Shown here piece by piece: positions 10,644 through 22,600 of a stretch of DNA of 64,000 bases. Made by a program: the position numbers and the translations under genes. Location of the stretch: the IMG/VR virus record IMGVR_UViG_3300029288_007060, positions 94,008-158,007 of that record; one strand, 5' to 3'. Every line of letters starts with the position of its first letter. The stretch's first letter is position 1. The notes below the pieces were generated by a model. It ran no database searches, was not told the origin of the DNA, and worked only from the letters and a program-made list of their open reading frames with translations. The stretch comes from a virus. Taxonomy: Duplodnaviria; Caudoviricetes.

Positions 10644-13199
10644 TTATAGAATTCCTACGCTAATATCAACATAAATCCAATCAAGGGGCAAAATGGGCTC
10701 TACTTCAACTGATACATTGATCTGACGTGGATCCACCTCATCTCTCACCACATTTATGTTTCTGTAAGCGGCCAAATAACCCTTGGCTGTTAATGATTGT
10801 AACACTTTGACAACCACTGATGTGATAGAGGCAGTCAATGTGGGGTCTTGTGGCTGTCCAATAAACCCACTCAACGCATCGCGCAAAGACTGAGCGGTGT
10901 TATCTCTAATAAACACAACTGAGGGCTCTTCTTCTAAAGGATCACCGCTTGATGTGGTGGTCTTGCAATGCAATATTTGTCCGCCACCAGTAACCGGTTG
11001 TACGACAGAAATGCCACGATCACCCAGTTCATTCAAAGTGAATGGTCGACGAACCTTGCTTCTTAAAATACTAAACCCTGTCAAAACTTTGTGTGTCAGT
11101 GGTATAGAAACGTTTGCGGTTGCAGCCAACAGTCCGCCAGCCGCAGCAGCCATATAAAATCCATCAATAGTGGTATTTGTTCCGTTAATAACCCTAACTA
11201 TTTCGTCAGGCCAGAAATAAATGGCTCGGAAAGTATCCCCAAAATTAACTCGCACATCGTAATTAGCCAAATCTTCGATATTTCCGGCTAATACTTCCTC
11301 AACATCATCTCCCTGAACACCTTCTAATATTCCGATGTCTTCAACAGCCACCAGCTCTCTTCCAACTAATGCTTCAGTAGTTATCCCACTAATAGCGCCA
11401 ATAAGAGCAACGCGCTCATGTTGGTTAGCAGTGTTACTCATAAGCTCACAATGGGCAATAGCAGCGCGTTGGATAATACTTATGGTATCTGTGGGTAGAG
11501 GCACAACTATTTGACAGCTAACGGCTTCCAAAGCCTCAAAAGCAGTAGCCCAACTGGTATCATAAAAATCTGCGTCATCGGCATCAATAAAGGTTGCGCG
11601 TAAGCCGTCGCCTCTAGCAATAGTTCCACTTGTATATAAGTCACTAGTAAGAAGCAAATAGGCTGATGTGTCAGCAGAATCAACTAACTCCCAACGCAAA
11701 TCTGTATGAGAGGATGCCCAATTGGCACCGGATAATGTCACAACAGTGTCATCACCGAAACCGTCTCCAACGGCAGATATATCGTATGTGCCTGCAACAT
11801 CGCTAGCATCAACTCCGTATAAATCTGTAGGCAAGATTCTTATTTGCTTGCTTGTGTCTACTTCTCCCAAGTCTAGATTGTTGGCACTAAACGATGCGGA
11901 GTCTGCGGTAAAAGTACTGCCGCCTATAGTAACTTCTCCATCAGTACCCTCGTCCTCAACCTGACTCTTTTCAACAACCGTGTAACTGAACGTATACCCG
12001 GCATTGTTTATAAAGTCATTATATATGTCTGCGGTAATAACAGCATTGTAAAAATCAACCTTTGTGGGAGAAATTTGTGTTTCTTCTCCAGTTGTTTTGT
12101 CTATTACAAAAATATGAACATCTGTGTCTGCATCTGGTGTTCCGCTTGCAATAGGGTATTGGAACGCATCAACGTCAGCTGACGTAACTGGGTTTCCAAC
12201 AGGTGGAAATCCTTCAGTACTTGCGGTCAAAGGATCATTGGCAGTAAGTAATACTGTGCTTGTTCGTCTGGCAATAGACGGTTTTGTTTGTACCGCCATC
12301 ACACCAAAAGCACCATTCTCAAAAGCCATAGATGCCCCTAGGGACAAGGTGTTAGATTCTGACGGAAATCCATGCTTCTGATACAGAGCGTTAGAATCAA
12401 CAAAGAATTCTGGATCATTAAGGTCAGCGCTAGCGATATAGTTGGCCTCGAGCGTTTGCCCAACAGTCAACACTTTGCTCGCAACCTTTACAGTAAATCT
12501 ATCGCCCCTGTCGAAAGGAGTAGCGCCCTCTGTTATTGCGATTTGTAGAATTCCATTATCTCTAGTGATACCATCACTAATAAATACTATTGGAGAGCCG
12601 TATGCATCGAGGATTTGTCCAGAAACAGACCCTATTGCAGAAAACGTAGTTTCTTCAGAGATTGGGTCACCGTAAGCGTCTCTAATTACGCTTGTTGCTT
12701 TTATAGTCCAAGTCTCGGTTGGTGCGTCTATATCTAAAAGACTCACTGTAGATATCGACCCGTTGCCCACATTAGATGTTCCGGGAGGAGCATATAAGCC
12801 GCCCTGGTCAACCAAATGTGCTCTCTGAAGTTCAATGCGGCCTGTTGCAGGCTCCAATCTATAATCGTATTGGCTGTCAAAAGCACTGGTAGTAATTGCT
12901 TCCTCGACTCCGGTGAGAGGGATGCCGTCTAACGTTAAAGCTGTTCGTTTTGCAACCAAGGGGAATTTAGACAGAATAAAATGTCTGCCGTCAGGTGCAT
13001 CTGAGCCACTAAAATCGGGATTTACTCCGTCAAGCCCACCGCCTTCGGCGTCTAAAACTACAGTCTCTTCTGCTTGCCCTAGACCCATAATAGCCAAAAC
13101 TCTAAGGCCACCAGGAATACTGATGGACCTTCGAATAGATCTAACCCGACTGTAAACGCCAGGTTGAACGTAGTTTGGAACTCCTGCTATATTCGGCAT
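10644..13199 (-). CDS. Tail sheath protein (851 aa, with inserted domains)
   Basis: N-terminal YVQPGVYSR; C-terminal sheath domain with HCELMS...ERVALIG and EVDPRQINVSVEVEPILPLDWIYVDI. Confidence 0.9.
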   Translation of the reverse strand: MPNIAGVPNYVQPGVYSRVRSIRRSISIPGGLRVLAIMGLGQAEETVVLDAEGGGLDGVNPDFSGSDAPDGRHFILSKFPLVAKRTALTLDGIPLTGVEEAITTSAFDSQYDYRLEPATGRIELQRAHLVDQGGLYAPPGTSNVGNGSISTVSLLDIDAPTETWTIKATSVIRDAYGDPISEETTFSAIGSVSGQILDAYGSPIVFISDGITRDNGILQIAITEGATPFDRGDRFTVKVASKVLTVGQTLEANYIASADLNDPEFFVDSNALYQKHGFPSESNTLSLGASMAFENGAFGVMAVQTKPSIARRTSTVLLTANDPLTASTEGFPPVGNPVTSADVDAFQYPIASGTPDADTDVHIFVIDKTTGEETQISPTKVDFYNAVITADIYNDFINNAGYTFSYTVVEKSQVEDEGTDGEVTIGGSTFTADSASFSANNLDLGEVDTSKQIRILPTDLYGVDASDVAGTYDISAVGDGFGDDTVVTLSGANWASSHTDLRWELVDSADTSAYLLLTSDLYTSGTIARGDGLRATFIDADDADFYDTSWATAFEALEAVSCQIVVPLPTDTISIIQRAAIAHCELMSNTANQHERVALIGAISGITTEALVGRELVAVEDIGILEGVQGDDVEEVLAGNIEDLANYDVRVNFGDTFRAIYFWPDEIVRVINGTNTTIDGFYMAAAAGGLLAATANVSIPLTHKVLTGFSILRSKVRRPFTLNELGDRGISVVQPVTGGGQILHCKTTTSSGDPLEEEPSVVFIRDNTAQSLRDALSGFIGQPQDPTLTASITSVVVKVLQSLTAKGYLAAYRNINVVRDEVDPRQINVSVEVEPILPLDWIYVDISVGIL

Positions 13200-13323
13200 T
13201 GTTTATTCTCCTATTAAATAATCTCGTTCTTAAAAAGTCTTTATTTTTCAATATATTACATTATATAACGTATATAATAAAATGAATATTAAAACACACA
13301 CATGTGTCCTATCTATAAAATAA

Positions 13324-13338
13324 AATATTGATAGATTT
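13324..13338 (-). promoter_or_regulatory. Putative late promoter upstream of the sheath
   Basis: AAATCTATCAATATT, one of 9 copies of the same motif, all in the coding orientation and directly upstream of genes. Confidence 0.7.
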
Positions 13339-13348
13339 TATCTCCCAA

Positions 13349-14125
13349 TTATATTAAATCTTCGTGCGTTAATTGCATGTTAACTGCCAACGCATCGGAT
13401 GCCTCTCCATCTAATGTTTTGAATGTCAAACAGAGCCCAATTCTCTCACACACATCACTTATAGGAACGTGAATTCTCCATTCTGTTCTTATCTCTAAAT
13501 TGACAGACGTCATGTATAGATAATCGTTAGCGTACGGAACCTCTGTCTCGCCCGAAGTAGCCAACGTTTTCACAAAAACACCAGCATTCTGTAAATCTTG
13601 TCGTCTGGAACCCATTAATACAATTTGAACGATATCAGCAATTTCTTCTCTATCAATTTCTGATTCGGCAATAACTTTAACTTCTATGGTTTGATCAAAA
13701 GCCCCGACCCTAGTAAAATAAGCCGGAGTGTATATTTGCGTTTGATTGCCATACGCGTCGGTTAAAATCTCTTTTCTGTTTATGGTTCCAAGATAATCCT
13801 GATTAAATGATATCGGAGAATATCTCGACCCAGTGTTTCTTACTATTATAGACGGATTGAATTTGACATCATAACGATACGAACTGCCTATAAAAATTCT
13901 AGTTGTCTCTTCATCATCCAGGCCAGCTGAAGGGTCGGTGCCCAACAAAGAAGGCGTTTTAGGGAAGCCAAAAACGTCTTGTACGTATTTGAACTGCCTG
14001 TCTATTGAAAAAACATCCCTAAGAGTATCTATAATGACATTTTTGGTATATACTATTCCGGCAGACTCTATTATGTTCTCGAGGTTAAAGATGTCGCTTA
14101 TGGCATTATAAGTTGTAAAACCCAT
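13349..14125 (-). CDS. Tail terminator / tail completion protein
   Basis: Precedes the sheath; PSIIVR...IEVKVIAESEIDREEIADIV...LYMTSVNLEIRTEW pattern. Confidence 0.6.
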   Translation of the reverse strand: MGFTTYNAISDIFNLENIIESAGIVYTKNVIIDTLRDVFSIDRQFKYVQDVFGFPKTPSLLGTDPSAGLDDEETTRIFIGSSYRYDVKFNPSIIVRNTGSRYSPISFNQDYLGTINRKEILTDAYGNQTQIYTPAYFTRVGAFDQTIEVKVIAESEIDREEIADIVQIVLMGSRRQDLQNAGVFVKTLATSGETEVPYANDYLYMTSVNLEIRTEWRIHVPISDVCERIGLCLTFKTLDGEASDALAVNMQLTHEDLI

Positions 14126-14700
14126 TATACAATCTCCAATTCCGTCTTACCCGCAGGCAATTTTTCTGGAACTACAAAATTTCTATTTTGAGGAACCAAT
14201 TTTTTCCCATTCAAAACACCCTCAAACAGAGCGACATAATTACCTGGGGCTAAATGTGACACCCAATGCCCACTTCTGTTTGTTTTCGTTTCTTTAATTA
14301 AAATATCTTTATCATTAAATATCTTAACTGTGACGCCAGATAAGTTAGTTAATTTGCCATCCAGATTAGCCACCATTTTTCCAGTCACAACTATAAAATT
14401 AGAAGCATTTCTGTTTTTCTGTATAAGTGGCGCCTCTTGTTTCATTTTAGAGGCATCACTTGATTGAAAACTAAAATTCTTAAACCCTTTGTGCTCTTCT
14501 GTTTCTGGTTTTTTCGCAATACCGGGCGACGGTTTGGGCTCAGGACGAATATCTGATTTTTGTATAACCACACCAGACGACCTTGAATTATTGATAATAA
14601 CTTTTATATTTTTATCAATTAGGTCTATTTTCTTTTCTAGCATATCTAGTCTATTTAATATTTCTTGTAAAATCTCTAAGCCTGTTTTTTCTTCTGTCAT
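14125..14700 (-). CDS. Hypothetical protein: N-terminal coiled coil plus C-terminal prealbumin/carboxypeptidase-regulatory-like beta-sandwich
   Basis: Start moved to ATG 14700 (GAGG RBS); LSGVTVKIF...ETKTNRSGHWVSHLAPGNY. Confidence 0.5.
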   Translation of the reverse strand: MTEEKTGLEILQEILNRLDMLEKKIDLIDKNIKVIINNSRSSGVVIQKSDIRPEPKPSPGIAKKPETEEHKGFKNFSFQSSDASKMKQEAPLIQKNRNASNFIVVTGKMVANLDGKLTNLSGVTVKIFNDKDILIKETKTNRSGHWVSHLAPGNYVALFEGVLNGKKLVPQNRNFVVPEKLPAGKTELEIV

Positions 14701-14710
14701 GATAAACCTC

Positions 14711-17700
14711 TTAATAAGTAAACACCACTGTCGCTCCATAAACTGTGGCGCTGTAATTTATTACTGAATTAGCACGTATCTTTAAAAAGTAATTATATTT
14801 AGAGTAATCTATTATTTCTCCGCCTGCTGTTGTGACCGTAACCAATCCAACGCTTCCAGAGTTTCCAAAAATTGCTCCGGCACCAGACATATCTAACATG
14901 TCACTAATAGCTGTAGTACCCATAGTTGTTAAAACATCTTGTTTATATAATTGTGCGGTAAATGCTGATGCCCCAGCACCAACATCAATGTATCCTTGTA
15001 CCTTAGCATAATTTAGTTTTGCTCCATTCGGTATATTATCAATAGGAAAATATAAAGTTCTTACATAAGTACCAACAGAGCTATTTAAATTTTCATCCCA
15101 CTGGCCAGCAGTTGAAGTAAGTTTCCATTGTGGCAGCCCATCTTCATCAAAGCTTGTCTGGGCCGCGGAAGCTGGAACGCTTAATGTGTCCTGGAACCCT
15201 TTGTTTATTCCAAGTATGTTAACATCATAGTCTCCAGAAACAGAGTAGGTAAAAGACCCACCAAAAAAATTAGAGGTAACAATCGATTCTGTTACGCCAT
15301 CTAATGAAATACATTCAGTAACAAAATTTATAGAATTGTAAATTCTATTTGATACAACAATGTGGTCGCTACCATACAAACTAATAGCCTTCGATATTTC
15401 ACTTCCCGAAATAGTATTTCCGGAAATTTTAACTCTTCCACTGCCAGAGCTAACATTTGTGATTCCTATACACCCAGAACTAACCATTCCGGTTATAATA
15501 TTATTGCTTATATCCAAATCACTAGCATAGGCATAAATTGCCTGTGTTGAAAAAGCATAGTCTGTTACAGATAGGTCACCGGGCTGACTTATGTTGTTAC
15601 CAGATATTTTAGAATTAGAGCCATTCCATCTTATTCCTGTCACTCCAGGCCCAACTAAAATATTATCGGTTATACTAGAATACAACACTGCTCCATATAT
15701 GTAAGCAGAAGAGGCCATGATGCCAAGATTAATCAAACTATTATTTGATATTTTAACCCTGCTAGTTGTATCCGTCTGAGCATCAATTAAAATACCTCTA
15801 TACAAATCACAGTCTTTGATAGTGTTGTAGGAAATATCAGCAAACTTTAGCCCATCCAAAATACGAATGGCTATATCATTATTGTTTCCAGTACCCATGT
15901 TCATAATAGTATTTCTGTGTATATGAACATGATAGGTGTTTGCAACATAGATGCCGTATATTTCATTATCGTCTAATTTAATTCCGTCGATTAAATTATC
16001 ATTTATAAATAGCTGGTCTACAATTCCTGTCACCGAATTATCTAACAAATCTATTCTGATACCATTTGTTATAGTATTTTGAGCAGCATGCACAATATTA
16101 TTATCACATATTCTTAATGTGCTTATATTATTTTCTATTTCTACCATTACTGCTCGCAAATCTGTCGCAGATACTATACTGGGAATATCAATATTGTTTT
16201 TTAAAATAGAGATATTTTTAACGGTCCTGTCTGCACTACTCACTTTTATTGCATATGAAAGTCCTCCAGTGCCTGACACATTCGTTATATTATTATCCTC
16301 AATCAATAGGTTTTCTACCCCGGCATTAGACACAATTCCAGAATACACTGTGTCAATATAGTTGTTCACTATCTTAATATTTTCTGTCGCCAAAGTAGAG
16401 ATTTCAATAGCAATATCATTTTCATATGTGGTTACGCTTTCTCCGAATTTAAAATAGCATTTCTCAATTGTAACATTAGACCCCGTTATATAAACCAAAG
16501 AGGAGTCTAGGCTGGCGATATCGCTATTTATCTCGATATTCTCTAATCTATTATTTCCCTCCAAAGTTATGAAATGGCTTCCTTGTATTGATGCATTGCT
16601 TATTTTTTGTTTTCCTGCACCATAAGGACCCGCCCCAAGTATAGAGACTCCGTTTGGAACAACGATTGGTTTCGCTGGTATAATGTCATTGATTATTTTG
16701 ATAATTATTTTTTCGTCATTAGGGTATTTCTCAGCATATGCCAACGCACCCTCTAGTGTTTTAAAATTACCAGACAAATTGTTTGCACTACCATCAACGA
16801 CTAATTCGATTTTATTATCAATATTGTTTATGAACTTTCTGATGTCTGTTATATCTGTGGTTGTATTATTTATTCCCCCATCGGTAAGATAAACGTAATA
16901 TAACGGAAGTACTCTTCCATATATTGAGTCATACCCATCTACTAATAATGTTCCCAAATCATCGTCAAATGTTTGCAACGTTCCGAGCCCATTAACACCT
17001 ATAATTTTATTGCCAGTTATCAGTTGGCCAGAGTCGGATGATGGGATTACCACCCTTTGTGTTTCTATCGCTATTCTGACACCATCAATATAGGCGACCC
17101 CGCCAGTAAGTGGAACAGCCACCATATTGGTCATAGAGTCAGAGAATTGTTCAGACGTGATGATATCAAACCCTCTTATAACGCCATCGGCGCGGAGTTC
17201 GGATATAGGACGCTGAGTCATGGCCGAAACCACATCATCTCTAACATCCAGCATTCCCAAATTTCCAAATAATCTATTATCAAATATGTTGGTGGCCTTT
17301 AGCTCTCCATCAAAATGTACAGTTCCTAATAATAGAGCTTCGTCTTCCGGTATGTATGGAAACACACTTAGGTCCTCAATGCCACCCAATATAGTTCCCG
17401 GCAAAATATTTAATAATAAATAATCTATGTTATTAGGATGATAAAGTTTAAAAGACCCAACAAAGGTATTACTAATCGATGATACGGATCCTGTCAGAGA
17501 ACTATTTATAAGATAAAAATTGACAGTATCTGCAACGCCAGTATCCACAAAGACATTGAACTCTCCGTTCGGAAAACCAGAAGACAAACCAATTATTTCG
17601 ATAGAGGAGCCTAAAGTAGAACCGTATATCAAACGCTGATGCAATAATGCATTTTGATTAGAATCAACATATATTTCAACTAGCCCTTTGTCAGTTTCGC

Positions 17701-19594
17701 TATTGTTCAACAAATTCAAAGACAAATCCGCAGAAGTGAATCTAACATAAAATCTCGTCGGATTTGTGACAACAGGGATTTCTTCCGAAGCAAATACGGA
17801 CACAGTGCTTGTTGTAGATGTCATAACAGTATAGCTACCATTAACGGTGCCTGTTGGGTGTCCCATCACATGCATTACAGAACCGGATACTATATTGTAA
17901 TCTAATGGATTTATAATTTGGCCGGAGGCAGAATATAATGTAAATGTACTACTATCTGATGTGATATCAATATATGCTTCTAGTGTTATAGTTAATCCAC
18001 CTAAAGACTTTCCGCTCACAGAATAATTTAATCCTTCATTTCCATATATAACTTTGCCAACAACGTCTGCGCCATAGGCGTCTAAACCTAGCGCATAATT
18101 TCCATTGTATCCATCTTCAATTGTGATGGTATATCCATCGCCAACCCAATTATGGGCTATGGCCAACTCATCTCCTATTCTGTAGGCCGTAATGGGAAAA
18201 TGAAGCTGCCCAACAGGATCAGACACATAAGCGTTTATTCTGTCTGCAACAGATTTTGCGTTTACAGGAGAGGCAGCAGATAAGGATAATCTGTCTAAAC
18301 TCAAATCGGGTATTGTGACACTTCTGTAGTTACCGGCGCCTATTCCGACCGTAACACATACCTCATACCCATCAAGAGCTAAAATAGGGGCATTAAAACC
18401 AATACTTTTAACTCTGGCTGTCTGTGGATTTAAAACCGATACGCTATCCACTATTGTTTCATTATTTCTTATTGCGCAGGCCAGAGGACAAGACTCATTA
18501 GATATAAAAATTGGCTTATATATTTCCGCAATTATATTGTCCCCAGCAACAACTGTTTCCGAAAATGTATGAAATATTGCTAATTGATTTGATAATAATA
18601 TTGGAAAATTGCCAAGACTCTCAGAATCACTCAAGGGGCCAATTGCCCGAATTTGATATGTGCCTGCATCATCAGCATTACCCTGGATATATATTATATC
18701 TCCGACTTCTATATTATAATTTGAAAAATTACTCAATGCTGTAAAAGTAACTATGCCGGTGTCTTCGGCATAAGTGATTGCAGAAGAAGACAAGACTTTT
18801 TGTTTCTCATTAAATAAATCTCCAGACGCAATCGTTTTAAAAACACCATTAGAGTGAAAGTCAATGGTATGGGTAATTCCTAAGGCCCCAGCACTAGAAT
18901 CTATATCTTCTAGTGCAGACTGAACGTCTGTCGACGTTTTGTCTATAATTGATGTGAAAGAGGATGTATCAACTTCGATATTTGATGCCTCATGTCTAAA
19001 GGGAAAATCTAAACCAGACTCAATATGCGGGGTTATTGTATTATCTCCGCCAAACAGATAAGATGCTATTTCATTGATAGCGTCTCCAATAGTGGCGGTA
19101 CTGGGCGACAAACCACCTATCACACCAATATTATTGACGTCTATTTTAATCTGATACCCGTCATGAAAGTTTGAGACGCCAAGGGTATGTTCATTTAGGG
19201 TGTTTGATAGAGACGTATAACCAGTTTGCAATCCTAAAATATCCGTCTTAGAGGAGTCTATCCAAGTCTTTAATGTCACCGTGTCATAATCTAAACTTAA
19301 TTTAGATTCTTTAATTCCTGCATTAGCCCCGACATGTCTGTCTAAAACTGGCAATCCTACCAAACCAATGCCATCCAACGCCGCACTTTTAATTGCTCCA
19401 TTTTCATCTATAGATACATTAATACGATCCGCAAGACTATCTTCGTTTCCTTGTAAATTAATGCCAAGCGTATCCTCAATTGCCAAAACAGCATCACGAA
19501 TACTGTTAATACTGTCTGCCGTTATCTCTGTAACATTATCGTCGGCCAATGGCAACTCGAGGTCGCTGTCTATTTGATTTGGAAATAAAGTCAT
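14711..19594 (-). CDS. Tail spike/fibre with C-terminal right-handed beta-helix (candidate depolymerase)
   Basis: Start moved to ATG 19594 (GGAG RBS); many I-x-x-N-x-I beta-helix rungs; N-terminal region paralogous to 19614-22640. Confidence 0.7.
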   Translation of the reverse strand: MTLFPNQIDSDLELPLADDNVTEITADSINSIRDAVLAIEDTLGINLQGNEDSLADRINVSIDENGAIKSAALDGIGLVGLPVLDRHVGANAGIKESKLSLDYDTVTLKTWIDSSKTDILGLQTGYTSLSNTLNEHTLGVSNFHDGYQIKIDVNNIGVIGGLSPSTATIGDAINEIASYLFGGDNTITPHIESGLDFPFRHEASNIEVDTSSFTSIIDKTSTDVQSALEDIDSSAGALGITHTIDFHSNGVFKTIASGDLFNEKQKVLSSSAITYAEDTGIVTFTALSNFSNYNIEVGDIIYIQGNADDAGTYQIRAIGPLSDSESLGNFPILLSNQLAIFHTFSETVVAGDNIIAEIYKPIFISNESCPLACAIRNNETIVDSVSVLNPQTARVKSIGFNAPILALDGYEVCVTVGIGAGNYRSVTIPDLSLDRLSLSAASPVNAKSVADRINAYVSDPVGQLHFPITAYRIGDELAIAHNWVGDGYTITIEDGYNGNYALGLDAYGADVVGKVIYGNEGLNYSVSGKSLGGLTITLEAYIDITSDSSTFTLYSASGQIINPLDYNIVSGSVMHVMGHPTGTVNGSYTVMTSTTSTVSVFASEEIPVVTNPTRFYVRFTSADLSLNLLNNSETDKGLVEIYVDSNQNALLHQRLIYGSTLGSSIEIIGLSSGFPNGEFNVFVDTGVADTVNFYLINSSLTGSVSSISNTFVGSFKLYHPNNIDYLLLNILPGTILGGIEDLSVFPYIPEDEALLLGTVHFDGELKATNIFDNRLFGNLGMLDVRDDVVSAMTQRPISELRADGVIRGFDIITSEQFSDSMTNMVAVPLTGGVAYIDGVRIAIETQRVVIPSSDSGQLITGNKIIGVNGLGTLQTFDDDLGTLLVDGYDSIYGRVLPLYYVYLTDGGINNTTTDITDIRKFINNIDNKIELVVDGSANNLSGNFKTLEGALAYAEKYPNDEKIIIKIINDIIPAKPIVVPNGVSILGAGPYGAGKQKISNASIQGSHFITLEGNNRLENIEINSDIASLDSSLVYITGSNVTIEKCYFKFGESVTTYENDIAIEISTLATENIKIVNNYIDTVYSGIVSNAGVENLLIEDNNITNVSGTGGLSYAIKVSSADRTVKNISILKNNIDIPSIVSATDLRAVMVEIENNISTLRICDNNIVHAAQNTITNGIRIDLLDNSVTGIVDQLFINDNLIDGIKLDDNEIYGIYVANTYHVHIHRNTIMNMGTGNNNDIAIRILDGLKFADISYNTIKDCDLYRGILIDAQTDTTSRVKISNNSLINLGIMASSAYIYGAVLYSSITDNILVGPGVTGIRWNGSNSKISGNNISQPGDLSVTDYAFSTQAIYAYASDLDISNNIITGMVSSGCIGITNVSSGSGRVKISGNTISGSEISKAISLYGSDHIVVSNRIYNSINFVTECISLDGVTESIVTSNFFGGSFTYSVSGDYDVNILGINKGFQDTLSVPASAAQTSFDEDGLPQWKLTSTAGQWDENLNSSVGTYVRTLYFPIDNIPNGAKLNYAKVQGYIDVGAGASAFTAQLYKQDVLTTMGTTAISDMLDMSGAGAIFGNSGSVGLVTVTTAGGEIIDYSKYNYFLKIRANSVINYSATVYGATVVFTY

Positions 19595-19613
19595 TTCTGT
19601 CTCCGTAAAAGTT

Positions 19614-22600
19614 TTATAGTACGTCGCCCAAGAGAGCAAATTGTGATGTATCTGAAGAAATCTGATTTATATGTCCAGCTATTGAATAGCTGCTTGTAAC
19701 AACCCTCACATTATTGAAAGCAATAACTGGCTCAGGATCATCTCCTGTGCCACCATCAATAAGAGTAGAGTTAACAATCTTTATTCTAGGAACCAACTTA
19801 AACATTATGTCGTTGTCAATATCCAATAGGGATAATGGTATCGACACTACATATTTTTCAACTACTGAGTCAGACGGCAAAACCCCTAATGTTAATGTTT
19901 TAACTATACAATACTCATCATATGTACTCACGGAATCTATTCCAATCTTGGCCGCTATTCCAACCTCTATATATGCAGTTCCGCTTGCGCCAAAGGGGCC
20001 ACCTAGCCCACCAGTATATTCTGTCTCAACAAAAATATTTGCGTAAGTTAATCCTGGCGCAAAGAATATCGGGTATGCAATTAGAGAAGCTGAGTTGAAT
20101 TCAAATACTCTTGTGGTAGAATTATTTCCTGCCATAAAACCAACGACACCGTAAGTTACAGCATCAAAGCCATTGTGAGCGCCGGGGTCTAGTTCGGCAA
20201 TATATCCATCGGCACTAGCAATAGTTATTCCCCACATACTTCCGGACACTGTGTTTTGCACTTGTTCTATTTTATTATTCAAGTCCGTTTCTATATCTAA
20301 TAATTGCTTATCTATTTTGGAAACTATCAACCTCTTATCTACAAGATATCCATCTACCTCTACTCCGTCTGTTTCGAACTGCAATATAGGGACAACATTT
20401 ATATTATCTCCATAATTATTTCCGCTTGTTAAATCATCGAAAGTATAACCTGCATCGAACTCATTTTTTACAATAAAATGTCCTGCACTATCTACCATAA
20501 GAATATTGTTAGCGAATGTAAAGTCATCTATCACCACATCAGTGGTGGGAACAGACAATATATTTCCAGAAACTAAAACTCTTCCGCCTCGTATTTTTAT
20601 AGTACTGGTCGTATTTGAAATCACATCCAAGCCTTCCAAGACGCCGTTGTTTCTTAAAGAATCAAGGGCGTTAGTTAGAGGCACAGTATTTAAAATATCT
20701 TGCGACAAATTTTCTATTGAATTGCCAATTTTGCGTTTGTCTGTTACATATTTTAAGGTATCAAAACCCAGATTGCCACAAAAATGCACTGATGATAAAT
20801 ACAATAGATCACTGGATTCTGCGCATGCATATACAGTCATATCCTCTCGACTATGTGATGGAGAGCCGTATGTCTCAAAAATAGCAGAACTAATATTGTC
20901 CGGCGCGAACACTTTAAGATTTCCAGAAAACCCGGCCGGAATTTGAACGGGCAACCCAGCCACATTGTCTTCATAGAGAATAATATAATCATCACTAGTG
21001 ACTTCCCATTCTATATTGTTTATCGGGAACTCTTTATTAATTGTTCGCAAAACCACATTAGATATAGAATCATATTGTACGCGTGTTTGTTTTGATATAA
21101 TTCCGTATCCATCGGCATCTCTTTCTAGAAAAATATCATATATGTTTCCTTTTGTATTATTTATAAAACTCAATGAGTCTGCAGCTATCTCCAAATCAAA
21201 ATCTCCCAGAGCGATATTTGTGTTTAACAAAAATGTAGAGACAGAGGGAAATGAAGCAATATAGTATGTTCCATTAGCTGACGATGCACTTGAGTGATTT
21301 GTAATATTACAAAGAATTCTTCCGTTATTGGTTATGTCTAACCCAAGAGACGATAAATCTCCCAACGCCGGGTCAATCTTATTAGGATTAACAGAGTCCG
21401 CATGGGTATATTGTATTTTTAATAATGACTTAAGCCCAACAATACGATTTCCATTAATATATGCCGCATGCTTCTCTTCTGGCCAATAAAATGTGGTTGT
21501 TATCACATCTTCGAAACCTAATGCTGTTGCGGCCGAAAGCGAAACTGTATCCAGTATGGCTATAGTAAAATTATACCCAGGTATGTTATGGGCGATAGTT
21601 AGTCTTCCGCCCGTATTATATGCGCTAATTGGATAATGGTTTGTGGCAGACTGAGCAACTGTATTTATCTTTGCTACAATTATATCTATATCTTGGGTCG
21701 GAATAACAGAACTAATATCTATATCCAAATATGTTCTGTCCACGCCACCAGCCTGAATTCTTAATGTGGTAGCGACCCCTATCTTTAACGCCCTAAAGTC
21801 TATGCCCTTGCTAGTAACCCTTGCAACATTTGGGCGCATGACCTGAAGAATATTCGTAGCAACAGTTTTGTCTGTTTGAAAGATGGTGCTGGCCAAAGTT
21901 GTCACCACCAAATCACCCTGATCGCCACTTTCTGCAAAAATATTATTTTGAATAGCATTTGTGTGATGATTTGTTTGATGAGCCTCTATTTTTCCAGTGT
22001 AAACTAAATCTAATTCCTCTAAAGCATCCTGGACGTTAGTGGATGATATGTTTTCAAAAACATTATCTACTGATACCGTACTTGCTGTATGCGACACGAT
22101 ATTCAAATCAGTTTCATGGTCAGTTAAAGCATTGTTGATATTATGCAAAACTTCTTCTACTGTGCTTACTCCCCTGATTGTTTCGGTTGTGTCTATATCA
22201 TAACCGTCGTGTTTATCTGATGTGCCAGCATAATGATTGATCATTCTAACAGAAAATGTGGATAAGCTAGCATTTGTTGCATCTATATTTGTTTGTTTGT
22301 CGTCTATTAAAGCCTTAAGAGTGGTGGTAGAATAATCTAGGTCGATTTTGCTTTCAGATATATTTGCATTAGTGGCTATCTGCGAATTTGATATTGGCAA
22401 TGTTACCAACCCAAGCGTCGAAAGCGCCGAAGACTTCAAATGACCGTCTTCATCAATTACTAAATTAATTCTTGTGACTAAGTCTTGCATATTTCCAGCT
22501 GGACTTGTTCCTATGGCCTTTTCAATTGCCATAACAGCGTCTCGAACCGAGTTTATTGTATCGGCAGTGAGTTCAGTAACTCCATTTTCTGATAATGGAA

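Noticed and set aside
1-13199. Bacterial contractile injection system or tailocin
   Set aside because: Capsid, protease-scaffold, neck genes and homing endonucleases are linked, so this is a phage.
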